Positions 30,656 through 40,131 of a stretch of 64,000 bases of DNA are shown one piece after another (position 1 is the stretch's first letter; each line of letters starts with the position of its first letter). The notes beneath the pieces are model-generated. The model did not search any database. It was given only the letters and a program-made list of their open reading frames with translations, and was not told where the DNA came from. This DNA is from an uncultured bacterium. Lineage in GTDB: Bacteria > Zixibacteria > MSB-5A5 > GN15 > FEB-12. Both the position numbers and the translations under genes were made by a program. Location: positions 94,838 to 158,837 of the forward strand of contig CBDVDR010000007.1 of assembly GCA_965372795.1 (NCBI GenBank), written 5' to 3'.

Positions 30656-31720
30656 ATGTTTAATAAAAAAATAAAATTGACCTTCTTCATGAGTGCTTTC
30701 CTATTGCTTCTTTTTGCATCAGATATTTTTGCATTAGAAAAATGCCTTCTTTGTCATAGGAAACATGATCTGGTTAAAACTGAAGAGACCGGTCGAAAAG
30801 TATCACTTTTTGTAGACGAAGAGTTACTCGCACAATCTGTACATTCCACCAGAATCTGTACCGATTGTCACGTGGACATAGTTGACATTCCACATGAAAA
30901 GGGTGTAAAAAAAGTTAATTGTCGTCGGTGTCATTATTCCGGTAACCCGATTGGAGCTCCTGAAGGGGCTTTATATGATCAATATGAACATAGCGTTCAT
31001 GGTCTTGAAGTTGCAGCTGGAAATCAAAAAGCACCTGTTTGCCAAAATTGTCATGGATCCCATGATATTTTTGCACCTGATTCTACAGCATCATCAATAA
31101 ACAAAGCAAATATTCCTGCAACATGCGGGAGCTGTCATATCGATATTTACGCAACTTATCAGGAATCAGTTCATGGAGTTGCTTTAAAAAATGGTAACTT
31201 AGATTCACCTGTCTGTTCTGATTGTCATGGCGAACATAGCATTGCCAGACCAGAGGACCCAACCTCGTCTGTTTATGGTACAAATCTTACAGCAACCTGT
31301 TCTGATTGTCATGGTCCTAAAGGAGTCGTATCAAAATATGGCATTAAAACCGACCGGGCAGCTACATTTGAAGATTCATTTCATGGCGTAGCTCAAAAAA
31401 TGGAAAGCCGGTTTGTTGCCAATTGTTCATCATGTCACGGTTTTCATGATATCCGATCAGATAATGATCCAAAATCGATGATTCATCCTGACAATATTCC
31501 ACAAACTTGCGGACAAACAAACTGTCACCCTGAAGCAAGTTCCACTTTTGCCACAGGACAGATTCACATTGATCCAACCAGTGAGGAATCCGGTATACTT
31601 TATTATATTTCAAAGTTTTTCCTGATTCTAACAGTTGCGACATTAATAGGTTTATTATTATTTATATTTCTTGATCTCTTCCGCCGGGCAAGATCATCTA
31701 GAGAAAAGAGTGGTCATTAA
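30656..31720 (+). CDS. Membrane-anchored multiheme cytochrome c (8 CXXCH + CX4CH, CbcA-like)
   Basis: Signal peptide, 8 CXXCH plus CGQTNCH, C-terminal TM; stop overlaps the next start. Confidence 0.9.
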   Translation: MFNKKIKLTFFMSAFLLLLFASDIFALEKCLLCHRKHDLVKTEETGRKVSLFVDEELLAQSVHSTRICTDCHVDIVDIPHEKGVKKVNCRRCHYSGNPIGAPEGALYDQYEHSVHGLEVAAGNQKAPVCQNCHGSHDIFAPDSTASSINKANIPATCGSCHIDIYATYQESVHGVALKNGNLDSPVCSDCHGEHSIARPEDPTSSVYGTNLTATCSDCHGPKGVVSKYGIKTDRAATFEDSFHGVAQKMESRFVANCSSCHGFHDIRSDNDPKSMIHPDNIPQTCGQTNCHPEASSTFATGQIHIDPTSEESGILYYISKFFLILTVATLIGLLLFIFLDLFRRARSSREKSGH

Positions 31721-32670
31721 TGGACAAAAACGCTAACAACTTTAACAAAAACAGACAATCTCTGATTAGTCAATTATCGGATAATATTGTTAATTCTTTT
31801 GTCTCATTATTCAAAGAAAGAACTGACCAAAAAACCAGAGATAAAATTGTAAAAGAAGTAAATGAACGGCTTAATTTTGAAATTAATGTTACTCTGAATG
31901 AATTGGTAACAAAATATGCTCCTGAAAAGAGAGTCGATGTAAAAGAAGAAGCCCCCCCTCGTACTTTTGAAAGATTTGGTAAGAACTTCCGGGCTCAACA
32001 TATGCTTATGTTCGTGTCGGTCATCATTCTGGTTATTACCGGAATGCCATTAAAATTTCCCGAATTTGATTTTGCCAAGTTCATCATCATTGACCTGCTG
32101 GGAGGATTAGAAAATTCCACCTTCCTTCATCGGGTAGGTGCGGTTGGATTGATCATTGTTGGTCTCTGGCATTTGATCTATACCGTTGCTTCCCGTTTAG
32201 GGCGGCGTGATTTTATTTTAATGATACCATATCCACAGGATATAAAAGATTTCTTCACTACTATTTTTTACTATATCGGAAGAAGAAAAACAGGAGCCAA
32301 ATTCGGACGTTTTAGTTTCATTGAAAAATTTGATTATTGGGCTGTATACTGGGGCATGATCATTATGATTGGTTCCGGCAGCATTATGTGGTATAAGGAA
32401 ATTTTTCCAAAATATATATTTGATATTGCACGTGAGGCTCATTCTGATGAAGGATTACTGGCAACATTAGCAATTGTTGTTTGGCATTTCTATAATGTTC
32501 ATTTCAATCCTGAAGTCTTCCCTATGAGCTGGGCGTGGTGGCATGGTCAACTAACAGAAAAAGAGATGAAACATCATCATCCCCTTGAATATGCGCAAAT
32601 CATGGAAGCTGAGAGTAATGAAATTATCTCTAAACAGACACAGGATAACAATAGCAAGGAGCCTGAATAA
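31720..32670 (+). CDS. Diheme cytochrome b (FdnI/CbcB-like) membrane subunit
   Basis: RAQH..., LHRVGA, FGRFSFIEKFDYWAVYWG, HSDEGLLA..WHFYNVH, HHHPLEY. Confidence 0.88.
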   Translation: MDKNANNFNKNRQSLISQLSDNIVNSFVSLFKERTDQKTRDKIVKEVNERLNFEINVTLNELVTKYAPEKRVDVKEEAPPRTFERFGKNFRAQHMLMFVSVIILVITGMPLKFPEFDFAKFIIIDLLGGLENSTFLHRVGAVGLIIVGLWHLIYTVASRLGRRDFILMIPYPQDIKDFFTTIFYYIGRRKTGAKFGRFSFIEKFDYWAVYWGMIIMIGSGSIMWYKEIFPKYIFDIAREAHSDEGLLATLAIVVWHFYNVHFNPEVFPMSWAWWHGQLTEKEMKHHHPLEYAQIMEAESNEIISKQTQDNNSKEPE

Positions 32671-34238
32671 TGCTTTCTTTATTTTCTGATTTATTTCAGG
32701 TCTTAAAAACACATAAAAAACAACTTGGAATTTTATTATTGATAGTTGTGACCATATCTATCATGGGTGGACTAATTCTCAAATACGAAACAACTCAATC
32801 TGAATTTTGTGATTCGTGCCATTATATGGCTCCGTATGTCAGACATTGGGAAGCTTCTTCTCACGCAGATGTAGATTGTCGCCAATGCCATGATTATGGC
32901 GTAACAGATTTAATTGGTTCTGCTATCAAATATGGTACAAATTCTTATAATAACCGACCAAAAGCAATCGTAAATGATGAAAGCTGTCTTGCTTCTGGAT
33001 GTCATGAAAATCAAAATCTTGAAGGTGCTATAGAATACAAAAACAATGTGTTTTTTGATCACTCCAAACATCTTGAAAAAGCATTACGTGGCGAAAAATT
33101 ACGCTGTACATCATGCCATAACCAAATTGTTCAATATGATGACGACAGTCAAGGGCATATGAGTGTTAATGACAAAAGCTGTTTTATCTGTCACTTTAAA
33201 GATGCCGGTGTAGGCGAAGCAATTACCGGTTGTAACTCCTGTCATGGAATGCCGGAAAAAGAAGTAGAACATGCCGGATTTATGTTCAATCACAAACCTT
33301 ATTTGGAGTTAAATGTTGAATGTAAACAGTGTCATACAAATATTGTAAAAGGTGACGGGGCAGTTCCTGAATCAAGATGTCATTCTTGTCATGTAGAACG
33401 TTCTCGCACTGATTTAGGACGCGAACAAGTTCACAATATTCATATTACAGAAAATGGTATAGATTGTTATAAATGCCACACTGATATTGAACATGGCAAT
33501 TTCTCGATGGTTAGCGCTTTGGAAGTTGAATGTGAAAGCTGCCATTTAAGACAACATAATCAGCCTAAACAACTTTATATGGGAATTGGCGGCAAAGACA
33601 ATATTGATATGCCAAGTGAAATGTTTACAGCTCAGGTTTCTTGCACCGGCTGTCATACTCATATTTCTCCCGAAGGCGAAATATTGGCACGCCAGGAAAA
33701 AAAGGAAGCTGCCAAAAATTCCTGTGTTACCTGTCATGGTGAAGATTACGATCTGATGTTTGACAATTGGATTTCGGGATCTAAAAAAGTATTGGGTGAT
33801 TATAAAAAATTCATAAGTGCTGCCAAAACAGATTTGAGAAGTATTGGCGGAAACAAAAAAAGTCGCCGCGATGCTCAATCTGCTCTAAGTAAAGCTGAAT
33901 ATCATTATAACTTTACCAAAGAAGGACACTTTGCACATAATATCAAATATGCATCCTTCCTTCTTAATTATAGTGCCGATGAGTTTGAGGTTGCTATGAA
34001 AAAGATTAAAAAATCATATAAGGCTCCGAACCGTGGCAATGGTCTGAAACCTGATAATTCATGTGAAACTTTCTGTCATGGAAATGCCTTCAGACCTGAA
34101 ACAGTAATGCATGAAGGGGAAGAACTACCCCATTTGTTGCATATTGAAGATATGGAAGTCAGCTGTAGCAGCTGTCATTCAACAAGTGAACATGGCAAAA
34201 CAAATATCCAACAAGATGTTTGTTCTGAATGCCATTAA
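32670..34238 (+). CDS. NapC/NirT-like N-terminally anchored multiheme cytochrome c (13 CXXCH + CX4CH + CX3CH)
   Basis: N-terminal TM, T...FCDSCHYM..Y...W..SSH..V.C..CH NapC-type start. Confidence 0.85.
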   Translation: MLSLFSDLFQVLKTHKKQLGILLLIVVTISIMGGLILKYETTQSEFCDSCHYMAPYVRHWEASSHADVDCRQCHDYGVTDLIGSAIKYGTNSYNNRPKAIVNDESCLASGCHENQNLEGAIEYKNNVFFDHSKHLEKALRGEKLRCTSCHNQIVQYDDDSQGHMSVNDKSCFICHFKDAGVGEAITGCNSCHGMPEKEVEHAGFMFNHKPYLELNVECKQCHTNIVKGDGAVPESRCHSCHVERSRTDLGREQVHNIHITENGIDCYKCHTDIEHGNFSMVSALEVECESCHLRQHNQPKQLYMGIGGKDNIDMPSEMFTAQVSCTGCHTHISPEGEILARQEKKEAAKNSCVTCHGEDYDLMFDNWISGSKKVLGDYKKFISAAKTDLRSIGGNKKSRRDAQSALSKAEYHYNFTKEGHFAHNIKYASFLLNYSADEFEVAMKKIKKSYKAPNRGNGLKPDNSCETFCHGNAFRPETVMHEGEELPHLLHIEDMEVSCSSCHSTSEHGKTNIQQDVCSECH

Positions 34239-34250
34239 TAGATATGAATT

Positions 34251-34277
34251 GAGATCGATTTGAAAGAAATCGGTCTC
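34251..34277 (+). terminator. Intergenic hairpin
   Basis: GAGATCGATTT-GAAAG-AAATCGGTCTC. Confidence 0.4.
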
Positions 34278-34402
34278 TAACAAAAAAGGTTTTAATTGTA
34301 TACAATGCGAAAAAAGGTTTTTTTTGTGAACAAAGTGGATATTATTGTCAATAATGAGACAAATAATGTCCTGTTAATTTTATTTTACTATTGAGAGGTA
34401 TA

Positions 34403-36376
34403 ATGATGAAAAAGGTATGCGCATTTGCGTTACTTCTTCTGTTGAGTCTTTATCTGCCTGTGTTTGCACAGGATGACAATGAAACTTGTTTATCATGCCA
34501 TGGTGAAGACTCTGATTTAGAGGGCTTAAACATACACGGCGAAATGATTTCAATGTATGTAACATCTGCTTCGTTGGATTCGTCAATTCATTCTGAAATG
34601 GATTGTATTGAGTGTCATACAGATTTGGAAGGGTTTGATGATTATCCACACGATGAAGATCTTATAAGTGTTGATTGTTCTTCATGTCATGATGATATAA
34701 ATGAAATATTTATGTCTTCTGCTCACGGATTAGCTTTAGATAATCCAAATTCAGCAACATGTGCATCTTGCCATGGAACCCATAACATTCTTCCTGAGGA
34801 TAATCCATTAGCATGGACTTCAGCAAAAAATCTTCCTTACACCTGTTCCAATTGCCATCATCGAAAATCACTTAAAGATGATCCTGACATCAAAATAATT
34901 GATTCATTTGACAGGTATATGCGTGGTATTCATGCTGAGGGTATAACAAAAGGAATCGGTTCAGCTGCATCATGTAATGATTGTCATGGAATCCATGATT
35001 TGAAAAAGGCTTCCGACCCAAACTCTTTGGTTAACAAAGTAAATGTTCCAAAGACTTGTGCAAAGTGCCACAATGATATTTTCATTAAATATAGTCAGGG
35101 AATTCATGGTAAAGCACTAAATGCGGGTATTTTAGATAGCCCAAATTGTTCAGATTGTCATGGCGAACACGAAATTCTTGGAGTCGACGATCCTTCATCG
35201 CCGGTGAATATTTCCAATGCGTCTGATTATGTTTGTGGAAAATGCCATAATGACCCTCAATTGATTGAAAAATACGGTTTAGGTAAAGAACATTTTTCTT
35301 CCTATCAGGACTCTTATCATGGTTTAGCTGTTAAAGGCGGATCTCTTAAAGCTGCTAACTGTATATCATGCCACAAAGCTCATGACATCCTTCCTCAATC
35401 AAATATTGCATCTTCGATCCACCCTGACAACTTAACCAAAACCTGTCAAAAATGTCATCCGATGGCTAATGATGCTTTTGCAGCAAGTTATTCTCACAAT
35501 ATAGCAGAAGAGCAATTTGCTACAATGAACCGCTATATTGAAGTCATTTACATTATTGCGATTGTCTTAATTATCGGCGGAATGCTTCTTCATAATGGAA
35601 TTATCTTATTTAGATTTCTTCTTGATAAACATCGAGCTTCAAAAGGCGTTCCAACTATTCAAAGGTTTACCGGTAATATGGTTTACCAACATATGATATT
35701 ATCTATAACATTCATTGTACTGGCGATAACAGGATTTGCATTAAAATATCCTGATGCCTGGTGGGTTTCAATAATTAATTTCTTTGGAATCTTTGAATCA
35801 GCAAGATCTGTTATCCACCGTATTTCAGCAGTACTATTGATTTATATTTCAATCCATCATGCTCTTTATCTTCTTTTCACCCGCCGTGGAAGAGAAGAAG
35901 TAATAGCCATCTGGTTTACCAAAAGTGATATGATGCTGGTTATTAATAATGTGAAGTATCATCTTGGACTAATTGATGAAAAACCAAAATTTGATCGTTA
36001 TGATTATACTGAAAAGGCCGAGTATTGGGCATTGGTATGGGGAACACTGGTAATGGTTGCCACAGGTTTTGTGCTCTGGTTCCCTACTTTCTATACTTCA
36101 TTTTTACCACCATGGATAATAAAAGTATCAGAAATCGTTCATCTCTATGAAGCCTGGCTTGCTTCGCTTGCTATTATTGTTTTCCACTTCTTCTTTGTAA
36201 TTTTCCATCCCGAGCAATATCCTATGTCATTTACATGGATAACCGGAAGGATGAGTGTTTCCGAAGTCAAACACCATCATCCGATCTGGTATGAGAAAGT
36301 AAAAGCAGAGCAGGAAGAAGCAGATAAAAAAGCTAATGAGAAAATCGAAAACAAACTTCCCAAGGAATCAAAATAG
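34403..36376 (+). CDS. CbcL-like fused multiheme cytochrome c (11 CXXCH) / cytochrome b inner-membrane protein
   Basis: Signal peptide, 11 CXXCH, then a cyt b domain (YQH, IHR, FDRYDYTEKAEYWALVWG, VHLYEAWLA, HHHPIWY). Confidence 0.88.
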   Translation: MMKKVCAFALLLLLSLYLPVFAQDDNETCLSCHGEDSDLEGLNIHGEMISMYVTSASLDSSIHSEMDCIECHTDLEGFDDYPHDEDLISVDCSSCHDDINEIFMSSAHGLALDNPNSATCASCHGTHNILPEDNPLAWTSAKNLPYTCSNCHHRKSLKDDPDIKIIDSFDRYMRGIHAEGITKGIGSAASCNDCHGIHDLKKASDPNSLVNKVNVPKTCAKCHNDIFIKYSQGIHGKALNAGILDSPNCSDCHGEHEILGVDDPSSPVNISNASDYVCGKCHNDPQLIEKYGLGKEHFSSYQDSYHGLAVKGGSLKAANCISCHKAHDILPQSNIASSIHPDNLTKTCQKCHPMANDAFAASYSHNIAEEQFATMNRYIEVIYIIAIVLIIGGMLLHNGIILFRFLLDKHRASKGVPTIQRFTGNMVYQHMILSITFIVLAITGFALKYPDAWWVSIINFFGIFESARSVIHRISAVLLIYISIHHALYLLFTRRGREEVIAIWFTKSDMMLVINNVKYHLGLIDEKPKFDRYDYTEKAEYWALVWGTLVMVATGFVLWFPTFYTSFLPPWIIKVSEIVHLYEAWLASLAIIVFHFFFVIFHPEQYPMSFTWITGRMSVSEVKHHHPIWYEKVKAEQEEADKKANEKIENKLPKESK

Positions 36377-36400
36377 GAAATAGAAGTATTAGAAAGAATG

Positions 36401-36438
36401 AAAAGCCCCCTTTGTTTATCAAAGGGGGCTTTATTTTT
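36401..36438. terminator. Bidirectional Rho-independent terminator
   Basis: AAAGCCCCCTTTG-TTTAT-CAAAGGGGGCTTT between convergent operons. Confidence 0.85.
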
Positions 36439-37595
36439 TACTTAATGTAAGTACCTGGAGGATTTTCTTTTACTTTGCGATTATCATCATGACAATTATC
36501 ACATAATGGTTTGTTGTGATATTTGTAATCAATATGACAATCTTCGCAGTCAAAACTCTGATGAATCTCGTCAAGATGTAATCCAGTTACATCGTGTCTG
36601 AAGTTATCCTGACTCCAACCGGCATGACAAGAATTACAATTGCCATTCATAGATGTAATTCTTTTACCCGTAGGATGACAATTACGACACTCGAGATATT
36701 GATGATATTTACTTAATTTCCATCCTGTTGAATTATGATTAAAAGGAGGTTTCTCCTGTGTATCATGACATTTGTTACACTTATCGTTTAAATGGCAATC
36801 ATTACAAATTGCATGAACCTCTTCTTCAGACTTTTTAATATGGATTGTTTTTTCAAGATAATGGCAATACCCGCAATTCTCTCGTTTGTGGCAATCAACA
36901 CATTTTAAATCGAATCTATCAATATGTTCATTATGATAAAAGGTTACTTTTTCACCTTTATCGTAATGAGTGCGATACAATTTTTTTGCCGGAATGGTTA
37001 TGACAGGATGCGATATACCAATAATATCAGTTGAGTCTTGATGTGACAAATTTAATTGGAGATCATCGCATAATTCATGACAAACAGCACATTTTGTATC
37101 ATGACTCCATTCACGGTGACATCCCATACACTGACGATGATAGGCTCCTTTAAGTCCCGGTTTTTGTAAATTCTGGTTGGAAGGTACTTTCTCGTGACAT
37201 TCTCGACAGGGAGGAATTTTATCTACTGGGCTATAGTGATGACAGGTTGGGCAACCATTTCCCATGCCAACCATCTCAGCATGTAATTTATGATTAAAAC
37301 TAACCGGTTTATACATATCTTCCAGTTGATCAAGAATTCTTAATTCCGGTCCATGATTTTTACCATTTTTTTTTAATTTTTTTTCAGTTCGTAAACAAGA
37401 TTTAAGACAAGGTTCTTTTGTTGTGGGTGACTCACATAAATGACAATCAACACAAGGTGCAATAATAGTAGATTGCTCAGATACATCAGCCTCTTGACTA
37501 AAAGCTGAAAAAGTAAAAAGTAAACACAAGGGAACTATGAGCCAGATAATCATACTAAGATTTTTTGGCTTAACCATTTTTTTCTCCATTAACAT
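36438..37595 (-). CDS. Class III (c3/HmcA-like) multiheme cytochrome c, 13 CXXCH
   Basis: PVSFNHKLHA..CPTCHH, PGLKGAYHRQCMGCHREW c3-type motifs; signal peptide; exact start uncertain (37595/37589/37577). Confidence 0.88.
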   Translation of the reverse strand: MLMEKKMVKPKNLSMIIWLIVPLCLLFTFSAFSQEADVSEQSTIIAPCVDCHLCESPTTKEPCLKSCLRTEKKLKKNGKNHGPELRILDQLEDMYKPVSFNHKLHAEMVGMGNGCPTCHHYSPVDKIPPCRECHEKVPSNQNLQKPGLKGAYHRQCMGCHREWSHDTKCAVCHELCDDLQLNLSHQDSTDIIGISHPVITIPAKKLYRTHYDKGEKVTFYHNEHIDRFDLKCVDCHKRENCGYCHYLEKTIHIKKSEEEVHAICNDCHLNDKCNKCHDTQEKPPFNHNSTGWKLSKYHQYLECRNCHPTGKRITSMNGNCNSCHAGWSQDNFRHDVTGLHLDEIHQSFDCEDCHIDYKYHNKPLCDNCHDDNRKVKENPPGTYIK

Positions 37596-37599
37596 ATAG

Positions 37600-37722
37600 T
37601 TATTTCTTCTTTTCTTTGTATTCAAAAATCAGCCAGAAGACAGCAAACAAAACCATAGATCCAAGGGCGACCAAATATTCCTGTCCCTTTGTCATTGTTA
37701 AAAAATCCTGTAAAGTATGCAT
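37600..37722 (-). CDS. hmcD: HmcD-like small membrane protein (40 aa, not in ORF track)
   Basis: MHTLQDFLTMTKGQEYLVALGSMVLFAVFWLIFEYKEKKK with AGGAGG RBS; HTLQDF.T.TKG..Y pattern recalled from Desulfovibrio HmcD; directly after the hmcC-like gene. Confidence 0.75.
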   Translation of the reverse strand: MHTLQDFLTMTKGQEYLVALGSMVLFAVFWLIFEYKEKKK

Positions 37723-37732
37723 ATATACCTCC

Positions 37733-38974
37733 TTATTGATCTGGCTCGCCAATATAGTCTGGATGTCTATAAAGAATTGGAGCTCGATTAACTATAAATC
37801 TAAAAGTTATAAGCCCAAGTGTTATTACTGTTATTGTAATCGCAACTTCATTCCAATGAGGAACATATCGATCCGCTTCCTGCCAATTTAGAGCAACCAT
37901 TGAAACATTAACTCTATTTAAGATTAACCCTAGAATTGTCCATATTGCCCCAAAACGAACTAACCCGACACTTTTTCGTTGAACACCTCGAAATAATACA
38001 AAGCAAGGCAACAGAATAAAACAGAAGACTTCAAACAGGAACCAGTGACCATACGGTGTATTTAAATATTCCCAACGATAATCATGCGCTACCCCGACCC
38101 ATTTCATACAGAAATAGGTAAATAATAAAGCTGAGGCTCCTTTGCCTAAACCAATTGTAATTTCCTCTAAGGTTGCATCGTTCTTCGGGTCGACCTGATG
38201 ATGAAAGACCCTATGGGTCATCATACTTTCAAAAATTACCATTGTCATTCCACCGATTATTGCAGAGACAAAGAAGAAGATTGGTAAATAGGGTGTATAC
38301 CACAATGGGTGCAATTTTCCGGGAGCCATCAAAAACAATCCACCAAGAGCCGATTGATGAAGGGTTGATAAAATCACTCCAAATATTGTAGCTCCGATTG
38401 TTATTTTAACAGCCCATTTTCGAAATTTTTTCCATCCTAATGTTTCAAAAAGAGCTGGAGAAAATTCAACAAATTGAACCGATAGATATGTTGCAACATG
38501 CCACCCAACTAAAAACATAACTGAGGTTACACCATAAGATACAAACATTGGGTAAGGTAAACGCCACGGACGACCTAAATCGAAGCTAAGTCCGATCACA
38601 ACAAATAAATATCCTAAGAAGCCAGTCAGAACTGCCGGACGAACAAGCATATGATATTTTTTCATCCCAAACAGATAAACAGCAGTCCCAATAGTGAATC
38701 CGCCGGCTGCTAAAGCAACCCCGCATAAGACATCAACGCCGATCCAAAATCCCCATGGATTTGTATCATTAAGATTGGATACTGCCCCTATACCCTGTGT
38801 AAACCTAATGAATGTTAGAGGGATTCCAATGGCGAGTATTATTGAAACAATTATATTAAAAGGCGTAATCAAACTTTTAAGATATTCTTTCCAGGTCATG
38901 CCAAGAAGTAGTTTATCAATTAAACCATTCGAATTGACTGGCCCTACAGCTGGTTTTTCATATGTTGTAGCCAT
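37733..38974 (-). CDS. NrfD/HybB/HmcC-family integral membrane subunit
   Basis: PWGFWIGVDVLCGVALAAGGF, DLGRPWRL, LSTLHQSALG, KLHPLWY. Confidence 0.9.
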   Translation of the reverse strand: MATTYEKPAVGPVNSNGLIDKLLLGMTWKEYLKSLITPFNIIVSIILAIGIPLTFIRFTQGIGAVSNLNDTNPWGFWIGVDVLCGVALAAGGFTIGTAVYLFGMKKYHMLVRPAVLTGFLGYLFVVIGLSFDLGRPWRLPYPMFVSYGVTSVMFLVGWHVATYLSVQFVEFSPALFETLGWKKFRKWAVKITIGATIFGVILSTLHQSALGGLFLMAPGKLHPLWYTPYLPIFFFVSAIIGGMTMVIFESMMTHRVFHHQVDPKNDATLEEITIGLGKGASALLFTYFCMKWVGVAHDYRWEYLNTPYGHWFLFEVFCFILLPCFVLFRGVQRKSVGLVRFGAIWTILGLILNRVNVSMVALNWQEADRYVPHWNEVAITITVITLGLITFRFIVNRAPILYRHPDYIGEPDQ

Positions 38975-39882
38975 TATTCAATCTCCCTTGCAGATTCAAT
39001 TTTTACAGATTCTTTTTCACGAGCTTTTGTGAATTTGTAAAAACCTACTAAGAGAACCGGCCAAATAGTCAACACCAAAGGTACCGTACTTAAAAATCCT
39101 CGAGTTAACATTGGATAAGGGGTAGTTCCCAGATCTGTTGACATATCTAAATTTTTAAAATCCGTACCAGCCAGATATAACCAATTAGTCCCGCCAACTT
39201 CATTTTCCCCATATATTTGTGAATTATAACGGTCAGGATGGTTTCGTATTTTTTCACGTGCAAGCAGAATTAAATCTTCTCTTTTACCAAAAGTAATCGC
39301 TTCTTTTGGACAAATTTCTGCACATGCCGGCTGCTTTCCTTCCTTAATGCGATCAAAACACATTGTACATTTTCGTATTTCCGGAGTGTATGCATCAAAA
39401 TAATCGTATGCAGGGACATTAAACGGACAGGCAACCATACAATACCGACAGCCAATACAGACATCTTTATTATAGGTAACTGCTCCTTCAGGAGTTTTAG
39501 TAAAAGCCTTTACAAGGCAAGCAGAGGCACAAGCCGGCTCTTTACAGTGCATACACTGCTTCTTAACATAAAATGGATTTTCCGAATCTTTAGGATTTTC
39601 AAAACGATTAACTATCGTAAAATTGTTTGAATCGGTTCTTCGTTTCTTATCAAAAACCGAATTATCTTTAAGATCAAGATCATCCACAGTACGATCATTA
39701 GTTTTTTTGCACGCCTCTTCGCATTTTCGACAGTTAGCTCCAATACATATGGTGGTATCAGTTAGCATACCATAACTATCAGGCCAGCCGGAAAAATGTT
39801 CATTCGCTGATGCATTTCCTCCAACTCCAACACAAGTTGCCAGTGAAGACAGTTGAAGAAACTTTCTTCGATCTATTGTCAT
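38974..39882 (-). CDS. Tat-exported 4Fe-4S dicluster protein (HybA/HmcB family)
   Basis: DRRKFL Tat motif, CIG..C..C...C, CMHCKEPACASAC, CIGCRYCMVACP, KCTMCFDR; C-terminal TM. Confidence 0.9.
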   Translation of the reverse strand: MTIDRRKFLQLSSLATCVGVGGNASANEHFSGWPDSYGMLTDTTICIGANCRKCEEACKKTNDRTVDDLDLKDNSVFDKKRRTDSNNFTIVNRFENPKDSENPFYVKKQCMHCKEPACASACLVKAFTKTPEGAVTYNKDVCIGCRYCMVACPFNVPAYDYFDAYTPEIRKCTMCFDRIKEGKQPACAEICPKEAITFGKREDLILLAREKIRNHPDRYNSQIYGENEVGGTNWLYLAGTDFKNLDMSTDLGTTPYPMLTRGFLSTVPLVLTIWPVLLVGFYKFTKAREKESVKIESAREIE

Positions 39883-39920
39883 AAAACCTCCACAACTAAT
39901 AAGAGTCTCATTGTCCTATA

Positions 39921-39954
39921 TTGTGAATATATTCACATAAATTAGGATTGTCAA
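39921..39954 (-). promoter_or_regulatory. sigma70 promoter overlapped by a Rex-like operator
   Basis: TTGACA-N17-TATATT on the minus strand; TTGTGAA-TATA-TTCACAT (39921-39938) covers the -10. Confidence 0.7.
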
Positions 39955-40131
39955 TACCTTTTATAGATATTTTTCTCTTTTTTATTAATGCTATCTGAGT
40001 GTTATGTCAGCAGTTACGATTTTGAATTATGACAAAATATGTCCTTAATAGGCGTATTACGATTATTGATAAATAATGATGGTAATTATATTGTGAAATA
40101 AATAATTATATCAAACAGGGACGAAGAGAGA

